DNA of 64,000 bases from NCBI GenBank assembly GCA_964247055.1, contig OZ176051.1:868001-932000 (forward strand), given 5' to 3'. Of the stretch, positions 12,751-26,392 are shown one piece after another (within the stretch, counting starts at the first letter, position 1; each line of letters begins with the position of its first letter). The notes beneath the pieces were generated by a model, which was given only the letters and a program-made list of their open reading frames with translations, did not search any database and was not told the origin of the DNA. Both the position numbers and the translations under genes were made by a program. The DNA comes from Paragordius varius. Lineage: Eukaryota > Animalia > Nematomorpha.

Positions 12751-13719
12751 GATACTTTAAAAATTATGGTATTAAACCAGTCGCATCAATACTCAAGTTA
12801 AACTTTGTCCTTAAAAATCGGATATTGGTCACCGGTGAACAAAATTATTTTTTCTACATTCTCTTAGTAAGACTACATCAAAATATAGAGATAGTTTGAC
12901 AAACTCTTTCATATCCGATTTTTACAACGATACTTTAAAAATTATGGTATTAAACCAGTCGCATCAATACTCAAGTTAAACTTTGTCCTTAAAAATCGGA
13001 TATTGGTCACCGGTGAACAAAACTATTTTTTATACATTCTCTTAGTAAGACCACATCAAAATATAGAGATAATTTGACAAACTCTTTCATATCCGATTTT
13101 TACAACGATACTTTAAAAATAAATGTATAAAACTAGGCGTATCAATAAATCGCATCAATACTCAAGTTAAACTTTGTCCTTAAAAATCGGATATTGGTCA
13201 CCGGTGAACAAAATTATTTTTTATACATTCTCTTATTAAGACTTCATCAAAATATAGAAATAGTTTGACAAACTCTTTCATATCCGATTTTTACAACGAT
13301 ACTTTAAAAATTAATGTGTTAAACTAGTCGCATCCATACTCAAGTTAAACTTTGTCCTTAAAAATCGGATATTGGTCACCGGTTAACAAAATTATTTTTT
13401 ATACATTCTCTTAGTAAGACCAAAATATGGAGATAGTTTGACAAACTCTTTCATATCCTATTTTTACAACGATACTTTAAAAATTATGGTATTAAACCAG
13501 TCGCATCCATACTCAAGTTAAACTTTGTCCTTAAAAATCGGATATTGGTCACCGGTGAACAAAATTATTTTTTATACATTCTCTTAGTAAGACTACATCA
13601 AAATATGGAGATAGTTTGACAAACTCTTTTATATCCGATTTTGACAACGATACTTTAAAAATTAATGTATAAAACTAGTCGCATCAATACTCAAGTTAAA
13701 CTTTATCCTTAAAAATCAG

Positions 13720-15197
13720 ATATTGGTCACCGGTGAACAAAATTATTTTTTATACATTCTCTTAGTAAGACTACATCAAAATATAGAGATCATTTGACAA
13801 ACTCTTTCATATCCGATTTTTACAACGATACTTTAAAAATTATGGTATTAAACCAGTCGCATCAATACTCAAGTTAAACTTTGTCCTTAAAAATCGGATA
13901 TTGGTCACCGGTGAACAAAACTATTTTTTATACATTCTCTTAGTAAGACCACATCAAAATATAGAGATAATTTGACAAACTCTTTCATATCCGATTTTTA
14001 CAACGATACTTTAAAAATAAATGTATAAAACTAGGCGTATCAATAAATCGCATCAATACTCAAGTTAAACTTTGTCCTTAAAAATCGGATATTGGTCACC
14101 GGTGAACAAAACTATTTTTTATACATTCTCTTAGTAAGACTACATCGAAATATAGAGATAGTTTGACAAACTCTTTCATATCGGATTTTTACAACGATAC
14201 TTTAAAAATTAATGTATAAAACTACTCGTATCAATAAATCGCATCAATACTCAAGTTAAACTTTCTCGTTAAAAATCGGATATTTTATCACCGGTGAACA
14301 AAATTATTTTTTATACGTTCTCTTAGTAGGACTACATCAAAATATAGAGATAGTTTGGCAAACTGTTTCATATCCGATTTTTACAACGATACTTTAAAAA
14401 TTAATGTATAAAACTAGTCGCATCAATACTCAAGTTAAACTTTATCCTTAAAAATCAGATATTGGTCACCGGTGAACAAAATTATTTTTTATACATTCTC
14501 TTAGTAAGACTACATCAAAATATAGAGATCATTTGACAAACTCTTTCATATCCGATTTTTACAACGATACTTTAAAAATTATGGTATTAAACCAGTCGCA
14601 TCAATACTCAAGTTAAACTTTGTCCTTAAAAATCGGATATTGGTCACCGGTGAACAAAACTATTTTTTATACATTCTCTTAGTAAGACCACATCAAAATA
14701 TAGAGATAATTTGACAAACTCTTTCATATCCGATTTTTACAACGATACTTTAAAAATAAATGTATAAAACTAGGCGTATCAATAAATCGCATCAATACTC
14801 AAGTTAAACTTTGTCCTTAAAAATCGGATATTGGTCACCGGTGAACAAAACTATTTTTTATACATTCTCTTAGTAAGACTACATCGAAATATAGAGATAG
14901 TTTGACAAACTCTTTCATATCGGATTTTTACAACGATACTTTAAAAATTAATGTATAAAACTACTCGTATCAATAAATCGCATCAATACTCAAGTTAAAC
15001 TTTCTCGTTAAAAATCGGATATTTTATCACCGGTGAACAAAATTATTTTTTATACATTCTCTTAGTAGGACTACATCAAAATATAGAGATAGTTTGGCAA
15101 ACTCTTTCATATATGATTTTTGCAACGATACTTTAAAAATTAATGTATAAAACTAGTCGCATCAATACTCAAGTTAAACTTTGTCCTTAAAAATCGA
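13720..15197 (+). repeat. Tandem duplication of a 739-bp 4-mer
   Basis: Starts 13720 and 14459 (178+191+191+179). Shared private variants GAGATCATTTG (13791/14530), AGACCACATC+GATAATTTG, ATATCGGAT, ACTACTCGT, GATATTTTATCACC. Confidence 0.9.
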
Positions 15198-18100
15198 ATA
15201 TTGGTTACCGGTGAACAAAATATTTTTTTATACGTTCTCTTAGGACTACATCAAAATATAGAAATAGTTTGACAAACTCTTTCATATATGATTTTTGCAA
15301 CGATACTTTAAAAATTAATGTATAAAACTAGTCGCATCAATACTCAAGCTAAACATTGTCCTTAAAAATCGGATATTGGTCACCGGTGAACAAAACTATT
15401 TTTTATACATTCTCTTAACTACATCAAAATATAGAGATAGTTTGACAAACTCTTTCATATCCGATTTTTACAACGATATTTAAAAATTAATATATAAAAC
15501 TAGTCGTATCAATAAATCGCATACACACTCAAGTTAAACTTTGTCCTTAAAAATCGGATATTGGTCAACGGGTGAACAAAATTATTTTTTATACATTCTC
15601 TTAGTAGGACTACATCAAAATATAGAGATAGTGTGGCAAACTCTTTCATATCCGATTTTTACAACGAGACTTTAAAAATTATGGTATTAAACCAGTCGCA
15701 TCAATACTCAAGTTAAACTTTGTCCTTAAAAATCGGATATTGGTCACCGGTGAACCAAATTATTTTTTATACATTCTCTTAGTAAGACTACATCAAAATA
15801 TAGAGATAGTTTGACAAACTCTTTTATATCCGATTTTTACAACGATACTTTAAAAATTAATGTATAAAACTAGTCGCATCAATACTCAAGTTAAACTTTA
15901 TCCTTAAAAATCAGATATTGGTCACCGGTGAACAAAATAATTGTTTATACATTCTCTTAGTAAGAGTACATATAAAAATATAGAGATAGTTTGACAAACT
16001 CTTTCATATCCGATTTTTACAACGATACTTTAAAAATTATGGTATTAAACCAGTCGCATCAATACTCAAGTTAAACTTTGTCCTTAAAAATCGGATATTG
16101 GTCACCGGTGAACAAAATTATTTTTTCTACATTCTCTTAGTAAGACTACATCAAAATATAGAGATAGTTTGACAAACTCTTTCATATCCGATTTTTACAA
16201 CGATACTTTAAAAATTATGGTATTAAACCAGTCGCATCAGAACTCAAGTTAAACTTTGTCCTTAAAAATCGGATATTGGTCATTGGTGAACAAAATTATT
16301 TTTTATACATTCTCTTAGTAAGACTACATCAAAATATAGAGATAGTTTGACAAACTCTTTTATATCCGATTTTTACAACGATACTTTAAAAATTAATGTA
16401 TAAAACTAGGCGTATCAATAAATCGCATCAATACTCAAGTTAAACTTTGTCCTTAAAAATCGGATATTGGTCACCGGTGAACAAAATTATTTTTTATACA
16501 TTCTCTTAGTAGGACTACATCAAAATATAGAGATAGTTTGGCAAACTCTTTCATATCCGATTTTTACAACGATACTTTAAAAATTAATGTATAAAACTAG
16601 TCGCATCAATACTCAAGTTAAACTTTGTCTATTAAAAATCGGATATTGGTCACCGGTGAACAAAATTATTTTTTATACATTCTCTTAGTAAGACTACATC
16701 AAAATATAGAAATAGTTTGACAAATTCTTTCATATCCGATTTTTACAACGATACTTTAAAAATTAATGTATAAAACTAGTCGCATCAATACTCAAGTTAA
16801 ACTTTGTCCTTAAAAATCGGATATTGGTCACCGGTGAACAAAATTATTTTATTTACATTCTCTTAGTAAGACTACATCAAAATATAGAAATAGTTTGACA
16901 AACTCTTTCATATCCGATTTTTACAACGATACTTTAAAAATTTATGTATTAAACTAGTCGCATCAATACTCAGGTTAAACTTTGTCCTTAAAAATCGGAT
17001 ATTGTTCACCGGTGAACAAAATTATTTTTTATACATTCTCTTAGCAAGTCTACATCAAAATATGGAGATAGTTTGACAAACTCTTTCATATCCGATTTTT
17101 ACAACGATATTTAAAAATTAATATATAAAACTAGTCGTATCAATAAATCGCATACACACTCAAGTTAAACTTTGTCCTTAAAAATCGGATATTGGTCAAC
17201 CGGTGAACAAAATTATTTTTTATACATTCTCTTAGTAGGACTACATCAAAATATAGAGATAGTTTGGCAAACTCTTTCATATCCGATTTTTACAACGATA
17301 CTTTAAAAATTAATGTATAAAACTAGTCGCATCAATACTCAAGTTAAACTTTGTCCTTAAAAATGGGATATTGGTCACCGGTGAACAAAATTATTTTTTA
17401 TACATTCTCTTAGTAAGACTACATCAAAATATAGAAATAGTTTGACAAATTCTTTCATATCCGATTTTTACAACGATACTTTAAAAATTAATGTATTAAA
17501 CTAGTCGCATCAATACTCAACTTAAACTTTGTCCTTAAAAATCGGATATTGGTCACCGGTGAACAAAATTATTTTTTATACATTCTCTTAGCAAGACTAC
17601 ATCAAAATATAGAAATAGTTTGACAAATTCTTTCATATCCGATTTTTACAACGATACTTTAAAAATTAATGTATAAAACTAGTCGCCTCAATACTCAAGT
17701 TAAACTTTGTCCTTAAAAATCGGATATTGGTCACCGGTGAACAAAATTATTTTATTTACATTCTCTTAGTAAGACTACATCAAAATATAGAAATAGTTTG
17801 ACAAACTCTTTCATATCGGATTTTTACAACGATACTTTAAAAATTAATGTATAAAACTACTCGTATCAATAAATCGCATCAATACTCAAGTTAAACTTTC
17901 TCGTTAAAAATCGGATATTTTATCACCGGTGAACAAAATTATTTTTTATACATTCTCTTAGTAGGACTACATCAAAATATAGAGATAGTTTGGCAAACTC
18001 TTTCATATATGATTTTTGCAACGATACTTTAAAAATTAATGTATAAAACTAGTCGCATCAATACTCAAGTTAAACTCTGTCCTTAAAAATCGAATATTGG

Positions 18101-21100
18101 TTACCGGTGAACAAAATTATTTTTTATACGTTCTCTTAGGACTACATCAAAATATAGAAATAGTTTGACAAACTCTTTCATATATGATTTTTGCAACGAT
18201 ACTTTAAAAATTAATGTATAAAACTAGTCGCATCAATACTCAAGCTAAACATTGTCCTTAAAAATCGGATATTGGTCACCGGTGAACAAAACTATTTTTT
18301 ATACATTCTCTTAGTAAGACTACATCAAAATATAGAGATAGTTTGACAAACTCTTTCATATCCGATTTTTACAACGATATTTAAAAATTAATATATAAAA
18401 CTAGTCGTATCAATAAATCGCATACACACTCAAGTTAAACTTTGTCCTTAAAAATCGGATATTGGTCAACGGGTGAACAAAATTATTTTTTATACATTCT
18501 CTTAGTAGGACTACATCAAAATATAGAGATAGTGTGGCAAACTCTTTCATATCCGATTTTTACAACGAGACTTTAAAAATTATGGTATTAAACCAGTCGC
18601 ATCAATACTCAAGTTAAACTTTGTCCTTAAAAATCGGATATTGGTCACCGGTGAACCAAATTATTTTTTATACATTCTCTTAGTAAGACTACATCAAAAT
18701 ATAGAGATAGTTTGACAAACTCTTTTATATCCGATTTTTACAACGATACTTTAAAAATTAATGTATAAAACTAGTCGCATCAATACTCAAGTTAAACTTT
18801 ATCCTTAAAAATCAGATATTGGTCACCGGTGAACAAAATAATTGTTTATACATTCTCTTAGTAAGAGTACATATAAAAATATAGAGATAGTTTGACAAAC
18901 TCTTTCATATCCGATTTTTACAACGATACTTTAAAAATTATGGTATTAAACCAGTCGCATCAATACTCAAGTTAAACTTTGTCCTTAAAAATCGGATATT
19001 GGTCACCGGTGAACAAAATTATTTTTTCTACATTCTCTTAGTAAGACTACATCAAAATATAGAGATAGTTTGACAAACTCTTTCATATCCGATTTTTACA
19101 ACGATACTTTAAAAATTATGGTATTAAACCAGTCGCATCAATACTCAAGTTAAACTTTGTCCTTAAAAATCGGATATTGGTCATTGGTGAACAAAATTAT
19201 TTTTTATACATTCTCTTAGTAAGACTACATCAAAATATAGAGATAGTTTGACAAACTCTTTTATATCCGATTTTTACAACGATACTTTAAAAATTAATGT
19301 ATAAAACTAGGCGTATCAATAAATCGCATCAATACTCAAGTTAAACTTTGTCCTTAAAAATCGGATATTGGTTACCGGTGAACAAAATTATTTTTTATAC
19401 ATTCTCTTAGTAGGACTACATCAAAATATAGAGATAGTTTTGCAAACTCTTTCATATCCGATTTTTACAACGATACTTTAAAAATTAATGTATAAAACTA
19501 GTCGCATCAATACTCAAGTTAAACTTTGTCTATTAAAAATCGGATATTGGTCACCGGTGAACAAAATTATTTTTTATACATTCTCTTAGTAAGACTACAT
19601 CAAAATATAGAAATGGTTTGACAAATTCTTTCATATCCGATTTTTACAACGATACTTTAAAAATTAATGTATAAAACTAGTCGCATCAATACTCAAGTTA
19701 AACTTTGTCCTTAAAAATCGGATATTGGTCACCGGTGAACAAAATTATTTTATTTACATTCTCTTAGTAAGACTACATCAAAATATAGAAATAGTTTGAC
19801 AAACTCTTTCATATCCGATTTTTACAACGATACTTTTATGTATTAAACTAGTCGCATCAATACTCAAGTTAAACTTTGTCCTTAAAAATCGGATATTGTT
19901 CACCGGTGAACAAAATTATTTTTTATACATTCTCTTAGCAAGTATGGAGATAGTTTGACAAACTCTTTCATATCCGATTTTTACAACGATATTTAAAAAT
20001 TAATATATAAAACTAGTCGTATCAATAAATCGCATACACACTCAAGTTAAACTTTGTCCTTAAAAATCGGATATTGGTCAACCGGTGAACAAAATTATTT
20101 TTTATACATTCTCTTAGTAGGACTACATCAAAATATAGAGATAGTTTGGCAAACTCTTTCATATCCGATTTTTACAACGATACTTTAAAAATTAATGTAT
20201 AAAACTAGTCGCATCAATACTCAAGTTAAACTTTGTCCTTAAAAATGGGATATTGGTCACTGGTGAACAAAATTATTTTTTATACATTCTCTTAGTAAGA
20301 CTACATCAAAATATAGAAATAGTTTGACAAATTCTTTCATATCCGATTTTTACAACGATACTTTAAAAATTAATGTATTAAACTAGTCGCATCAATACTC
20401 AACTTAAACTTTGTCCTTAAAAATCGGATATTGGTCACCGGTGAACAAAATTATTTTTTATACATTCTCTTAGCAAGACTACATCAAAATATAGAAATAG
20501 TTTGACAAATTCTTTCATATCCGATTTTTACAACGATACTTTAAAAATTAATGTATAAAACTAGTCGCCTCAATACTCAAGTTAAACTTTGTCCTTAAAA
20601 ATCGGATATTGGTCACCGGTGAACAAAATTATTTTATTTACATTCTCTTAGTAAGACTACATCAAAATATAGAAATAGTTTGACAAACTCTTTCATATCC
20701 GATTTTTACAACGATACTTTAAAAATTAATGTATTAAACTAGTCGCATCAATACTCAAGTTAAACTTTGTCCTTAAAAATCGGATGTTCACCGGTGAACA
20801 AAATTATTTTTTATACATTCTCTTAGCAAGACTACATCAGAATATAGAGATAGTTTGACAATTTCTTTCATATCCGATTTTTACAACGATACTTTAAAAA
20901 TTAATGTATAAAACTAGTCGCATCAATACTCAAGCTAAACATTGTCCTTAAAAATCGGATATTGGTCACCGGTGAACAAAACTATTTTTTATACATTCTC
21001 TTAACTACATCAAAATATAGAGATAGTTTGACAAACTCTTTCATATCCGATTTTTACAACGATATTTAAAAATTAATATATAAAACTAGTCGTATCAATA

Positions 21101-23661
21101 AATCGCATACACACTCAAGTTAAACTTTGTCCTTAAAAATCGGATATTGGTCAACGGGTGAACAAAATTATTTTTTATACATTCTCTTAGTAGGACTACA
21201 TCAAAATATAGAGATAGTGTGGCAAACTCTTTCATATCCGATTTTTACAACGATACTTTAAAAATTATGGTATTAAACCAGTCGCATCAATACTTAAGTT
21301 AAACTTTGTCCTTAAAAATCGGATATTGGTCACCGGTGAACCAAATTATTTTTTATACATTCTCTTAGTAAGACTACATCAAAATATAGAGATAGTTTGA
21401 CAAACTCTTTTATATCCGATTTTTACAACGATACTTTAAAAATTAATGTATAAAACTAGTCGCATCAATACTCAAGTTAAACTTTATCCTTAAAAATCAG
21501 ATATTGGTCACCGGTGAACAAAATAATTGTTTATACATTCTCTTAGTAAGAGTACATATAAAAATATAGAGATAGTTTGACAAACTCTTTCATATCCGAT
21601 TTTTACAACGATACTTTAAAAATTATGGTATTAAACCAGTCGCATCAATACTCAAGTTAAACTTTGTCCTTAAAAATCGGATATTGGTCACCGGTGAACA
21701 AAATTATTTTTTCTACATTCTCTTAGTAAGACTACATCAAAATATAGAGATAGTTTGACAAACTCTTTCATATCCGATTTTTACAACGATACTTTAAAAA
21801 TTATGGTATTAAACCAGTCGCATCAATACTCAAGTTAAACTTTGTCTTAAAAATCGGATATTGGTCACCGGTGAACAAACTTATTTTTTATACATTCTCT
21901 TAGTAAGACTACATCAAAATATAGAGATAGTTTGACAAACTCTTTTATATCCGATTTTTACAACGATACTTTAAAAATTAATGTATAAAACTAGGCGTAT
22001 CAATAAATCGCATCAATACTCAAGTTAAACTTTGTCCTTAAAAATCGGATATTGGTCACCGGTGAACAAAATTATTTTTTATACATTCTCTTAGTAGGAC
22101 TACATCAAAATATAGAGATAGTTTGGCAAACTCTTTCATATCCGATTTTTACAACGATACTTTAAAAATTAATGTATAAAACTAGTCGCATCAATACTCA
22201 AGTTAAACTTTGTCTATTAAAAATCGGATATTGGTCACCGGTGAACAAAATTATTTTTTATACATTCTCTTAGTAAGACTACATCAAAATATAGAAATAG
22301 TTTGACAAATTCTTTCATATCCGATTTTTACAACGATACTTTAAAAATTAATGTATAAAACTAGTCGCATCAATACTCAAGTTAAACTTTGTCCTTAAAA
22401 ATCGGATATTGGTCACCGGTGAACAAAATTATTTTATTTACATTCTCTTAGTAAGACTACATCAAAATATAGAAATAGTTTGACAAACTCGTTCATATCC
22501 GATTTTTACAACGATACTTTAAAAATTTATGTATTAAACTAGTCGCATCAATACTCAAGTTAAACTTTGTCCTTAAAAATCGGATATTGTTCACCGGTGA
22601 ACAAAATTATTTTTTATACATTCTCTTAGCAAGTCTACATCAAAATATAGAGATAGTTTGACAAACTCTTTCATATCCGATTTTTACAACGATATTTAAA
22701 AATTAATATATAAAACTAGTCGTATCAATAAATCGCATACACACTCAAGTTAAACTTTGTCCTTAAAAATCGGATATTGGTCAACCGGTGAACAAAATTA
22801 TTTTTTATACATTCTCTTAGTAGGACTACATCAAAATATAGAGATAGTTTGGCAAACTCTTTCATATCCGATTTTTACAACGATACTTTAAAAATTAATG
22901 TATAAAACTAGTCGCATCAATACTCAAGTTAAACTTTGTCCTTAAAAATGGGATATTGGTCACCGGTGAACAAAATTATTTTTTATACATTCTCTTAGTA
23001 AGACTACATCAAAATATAGAAATAGTTTGACAAATTCTTTCATATCCGATTTTTACAACGATACTTTAAAAATTAATGTATTAAACTAGTCGCATCAATA
23101 CTCAACTTAAACTTTGTCCTTAAAAATCGGATATTGGTCACCGGTGAACAAAATTATTTTTGATACATTCTCTTAGCAAGACTACATCAAGATATAGAAA
23201 TAGTTTGACAAATTCTTTCATATCCGATTTTTACAACGATACTTTAAAAATTAATGTATAAAACTAGTCGCCTCAATACTCAAGTTAAACTTTGTCCTTA
23301 AAAATCGGATATTGGTCACCGGTGAACAAAATTATTTTATTTACATTCTCTTAGTAAGACTACATCAAAATATAGAAATAGTTTGACAAACTCTTTCATA
23401 TCCGATTTTTACAACGATACTTTAAAAATTAATGTATTAAACTAGTCGCATCAATACTCAAGTTAAACTTTGTCCTTAAAAATCGGATGTTCACCGGTGA
23501 ACAAAATTATTTTTTATACATTCTCTTAGCAAGACTACATCAGAATATAGAGATAGTTTGACAATTTCTTTCATATCCGATTTTTACAACGATACTTTAA
23601 AAATTAATGTATAAAACTAGTCGCATCAATACTCAAGCTAAACATTGTCCTTAAAAATCGG
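14828..23661 (+). repeat. Three near-tandem copies of a 15-16-monomer block (~2.7-2.9 kb)
   Basis: GTCAACGGGTG at 15566/18467/21152 (spacings 2901, 2685). GTACATATAAAA at 15966/18867/21552. CATTGG at 16281/19182. Offset shifts are explained by visible 5-, 7- and 12-bp deletions. Confidence 0.9.
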
Positions 23662-24026
23662 ATATTGGTCACCGGTGAACAAAACTATTTTTTATACATC
23701 TTAGTAAGACTACATCAAAATATAGAGATAGTTTGACAAACTCTTTCATATCCGATTTTTACAACGATATTTAAAAATTAATATATAAAACTAGTCGTAT
23801 CAATAAATCGCATACATACTCAAGTTAAACTTTGTCCTTAAAAATCGGATATTGGTCACCGGTGAACAAAATTATTTTTTATACATTCTCTTAGTAAGAC
23901 TACATCAAAATATAGAAATAGTTTGACAAATTCTTTCATATCCGATTTTTACAACGATACTTTAAAAATTAATGTATAAAACTAGTCGGATCAATACTCA
24001 AGCTAAACTTTGTTCTTAAAAATCGG
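22584..24026 (+). repeat. Dispersed 8-mer cassette B (1443 bp); related copies start near 2533, 6319, 17009, 19891, 26571, 33240, 37029, partial at ~61490
   Basis: Lengths 190,179,178,178,178,175,187,178. Begins with the TGTT/AGCAAGTCT monomer, then a CAACC...ATGGG monomer, later the GATGTTCACC and ACATCTTAG deletion monomers. Confidence 0.8.
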
Positions 24027-24929
24027 ATATTGTTCACCGGTGAGCAAAATTATTTTTTATACATTCTCTTAGCAAGACTACATCAAAATATAGAGATAGT
24101 TTGACAAACTCTTTCATATCCGATTTTTACAACGATATTTAAAAATTAATATATAAAACTAGTCGTATCAATAAATCGCATACACACTCAAGTTAAACTT
24201 TGTCCTTAAAAATCGGATATTGGTCAACCGGTGAACAAAATTATTTTTTATACATTCTCTTAGTAGGACTACATCAAAATATAGAGATAGTTTGGCAAAC
24301 TCTTTCATATCCGATTTTTACAACGATACTTTAAAAATTAATGTATAAAACTAGTCGCATCAATACTCAACTTAAACTTTTCCTTAAAAATCGGATATTG
24401 GTCACCGGTGAACAAAATTATTTTTTATACATTCTCTTAGCAAGACTACATCAAAATATAGAAATAGTTTGACAAATTCTTTCATATCCGATTTTTACAA
24501 CGATACTTTAAAAATTAATGTATAAAACTAGTCGCATCAATACTCAAGTTAAACTTTGTCCTTAAAAATCGGATATTGGTCACCGGTGAACAAAATTATT
24601 TTATTTACATTCTCTTAGTAAGACTACATCAAAATATAGAAATAGTTTGACAAACTCTTTCATATCCGATTTTTACAACGATACTTTAAAAATTAATGTA
24701 TTAAACTAGTCGCATCAATACTCAAGTTAAACTTTGTCTATTAAAAATCGGATATTGGTCACCGGTGAACAAAATTATTTTTTATACATTCTCTTAGTAA
24801 GACTACATCAAAATATAAAAATAGTTTGACAAATTCTTTCATATCCGATTTTTACAACGATACTTTAAAAATTAATGTATTAAACTAGTCGCATCAATAC
24901 TCAAGTTAAACTTTGTCCTTAAAAATCAG

Positions 24930-26392
24930 ATATTGGTCACCGGTGAACAAAATTATTTTATTTACATTCTCTTAGTAAGACTACATCAAAATATAGAGAT
25001 AGTTTGACAAACTCTTTTATATCCGATTTTTACAACGATACTTTAAAAATTAATGTATAAAACTAGGCGTATCAATAAATCGCATCAATACTCAAGTTAA
25101 ACTTTGTCCTTAAAAATCGGATATTGGTCACCGGTGAACAAAATTATTTTTTATACATTCTCTTAGTAGGACTACATCAAAATATAGAGATAGTTTGGCA
25201 AACTCTTTCATATCCGATTTTTACAACGATACTTTAAAAATTAATGTATAAAACTAGTCGCATCAATACTCAAGTTAAACTTTGTCTATTAAAAATCGGA
25301 TATTGGTCACCGGTGAACAAAATTATTTTTTATACATTCTCTTAGTAAGACTACATCAAAATATAGAAATAGTTTGACAAATTCTTTCATATCCGATTTT
25401 TACAACGATACTTTAAAAATTAATGTATTAAACTAGTCGCATCAATACTCAACTTAAACTTTGTCCTTGAAAATCGGATATTGGTCACCGGTGAACAAAA
25501 TTATTTTTTATACATTCTCTTAGCAAGACTACATCAAAATATAGAGATAGTTTGACAAACTTTTTCATATCCGATTTTTACATCGATACTTTAAAAATTA
25601 TGGTATTAAACCAGTCGCATCAATACTCAAGTTAAACATTGTCCTTAAAAATCGGATATTGGTCACCGGTGAACAAAACTATTTTTTATACATTCTCTTA
25701 GTAAGACTACATCGAAATATAGAGATAGTTTGACAAACTCTTTCATATCCGATTTTTACAACGATACTTTAAAAATTAATGTATAAAACTAGTCGTATCA
25801 ATAAATCGCATCAATACTCAAGTTAAACTTTCTCCTTAAAAATCGGATATTGGTCACCGGTGAACAAAATTATTTTTTATACATTCTCTTAGTAGGACTA
25901 CATCAAAATATAGAGATAGTTTGGCAAACTCTTTCATATCCGATTTTTACAACGATATTTAAAAATTAATGTATAAAACTAGTCGCATCAATACTCAAGT
26001 TAAACTTTGTCCTTAAAAATCGGATATTGGTCACCGGTGAACAAAATTATTTTTTATACATTCTCTTAGTAAGACTACATCAAAATATAGAGATAGTTTG
26101 ACAAACTCTTTCATATCCGATTTTTACAACGATATTTAAAAATTAATATATAAAACTAGTCGTATCAATAAATCGCATACACACTCAAGTTAAACTTTGT
26201 CCTTAAAAATCGGATATTGGTCAACCGGTGAACAAAATTATTTTTTATACATTCTCTTAGTAGGACTACATCAAAATATAGAGATAGTTTGGCAAACTCT
26301 TTCATATCCGATTTTTACAACGATACTTTAAAAATTAATGTATAAAACTAGTCGCATCAATACTCAAGTTAAACTTTGTCCTTAAAAATGGG
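24930..26392 (+). repeat. Dispersed 8-mer cassette A (1463 bp); further full copies at 55078, 59664, 62209; partial or variant copies at 1083, ~28560, ~29640, 52002
   Basis: Monomer lengths 191,179,178,178,191,177,190,179. The diagnostic CCTTGAAAA followed by a TTTTTCAT/ACATCGAT/TATGGT monomer occurs at 1621, 25468, 29098, 30181, 52540, 55616, 60202 and 62746. Confidence 0.88.
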
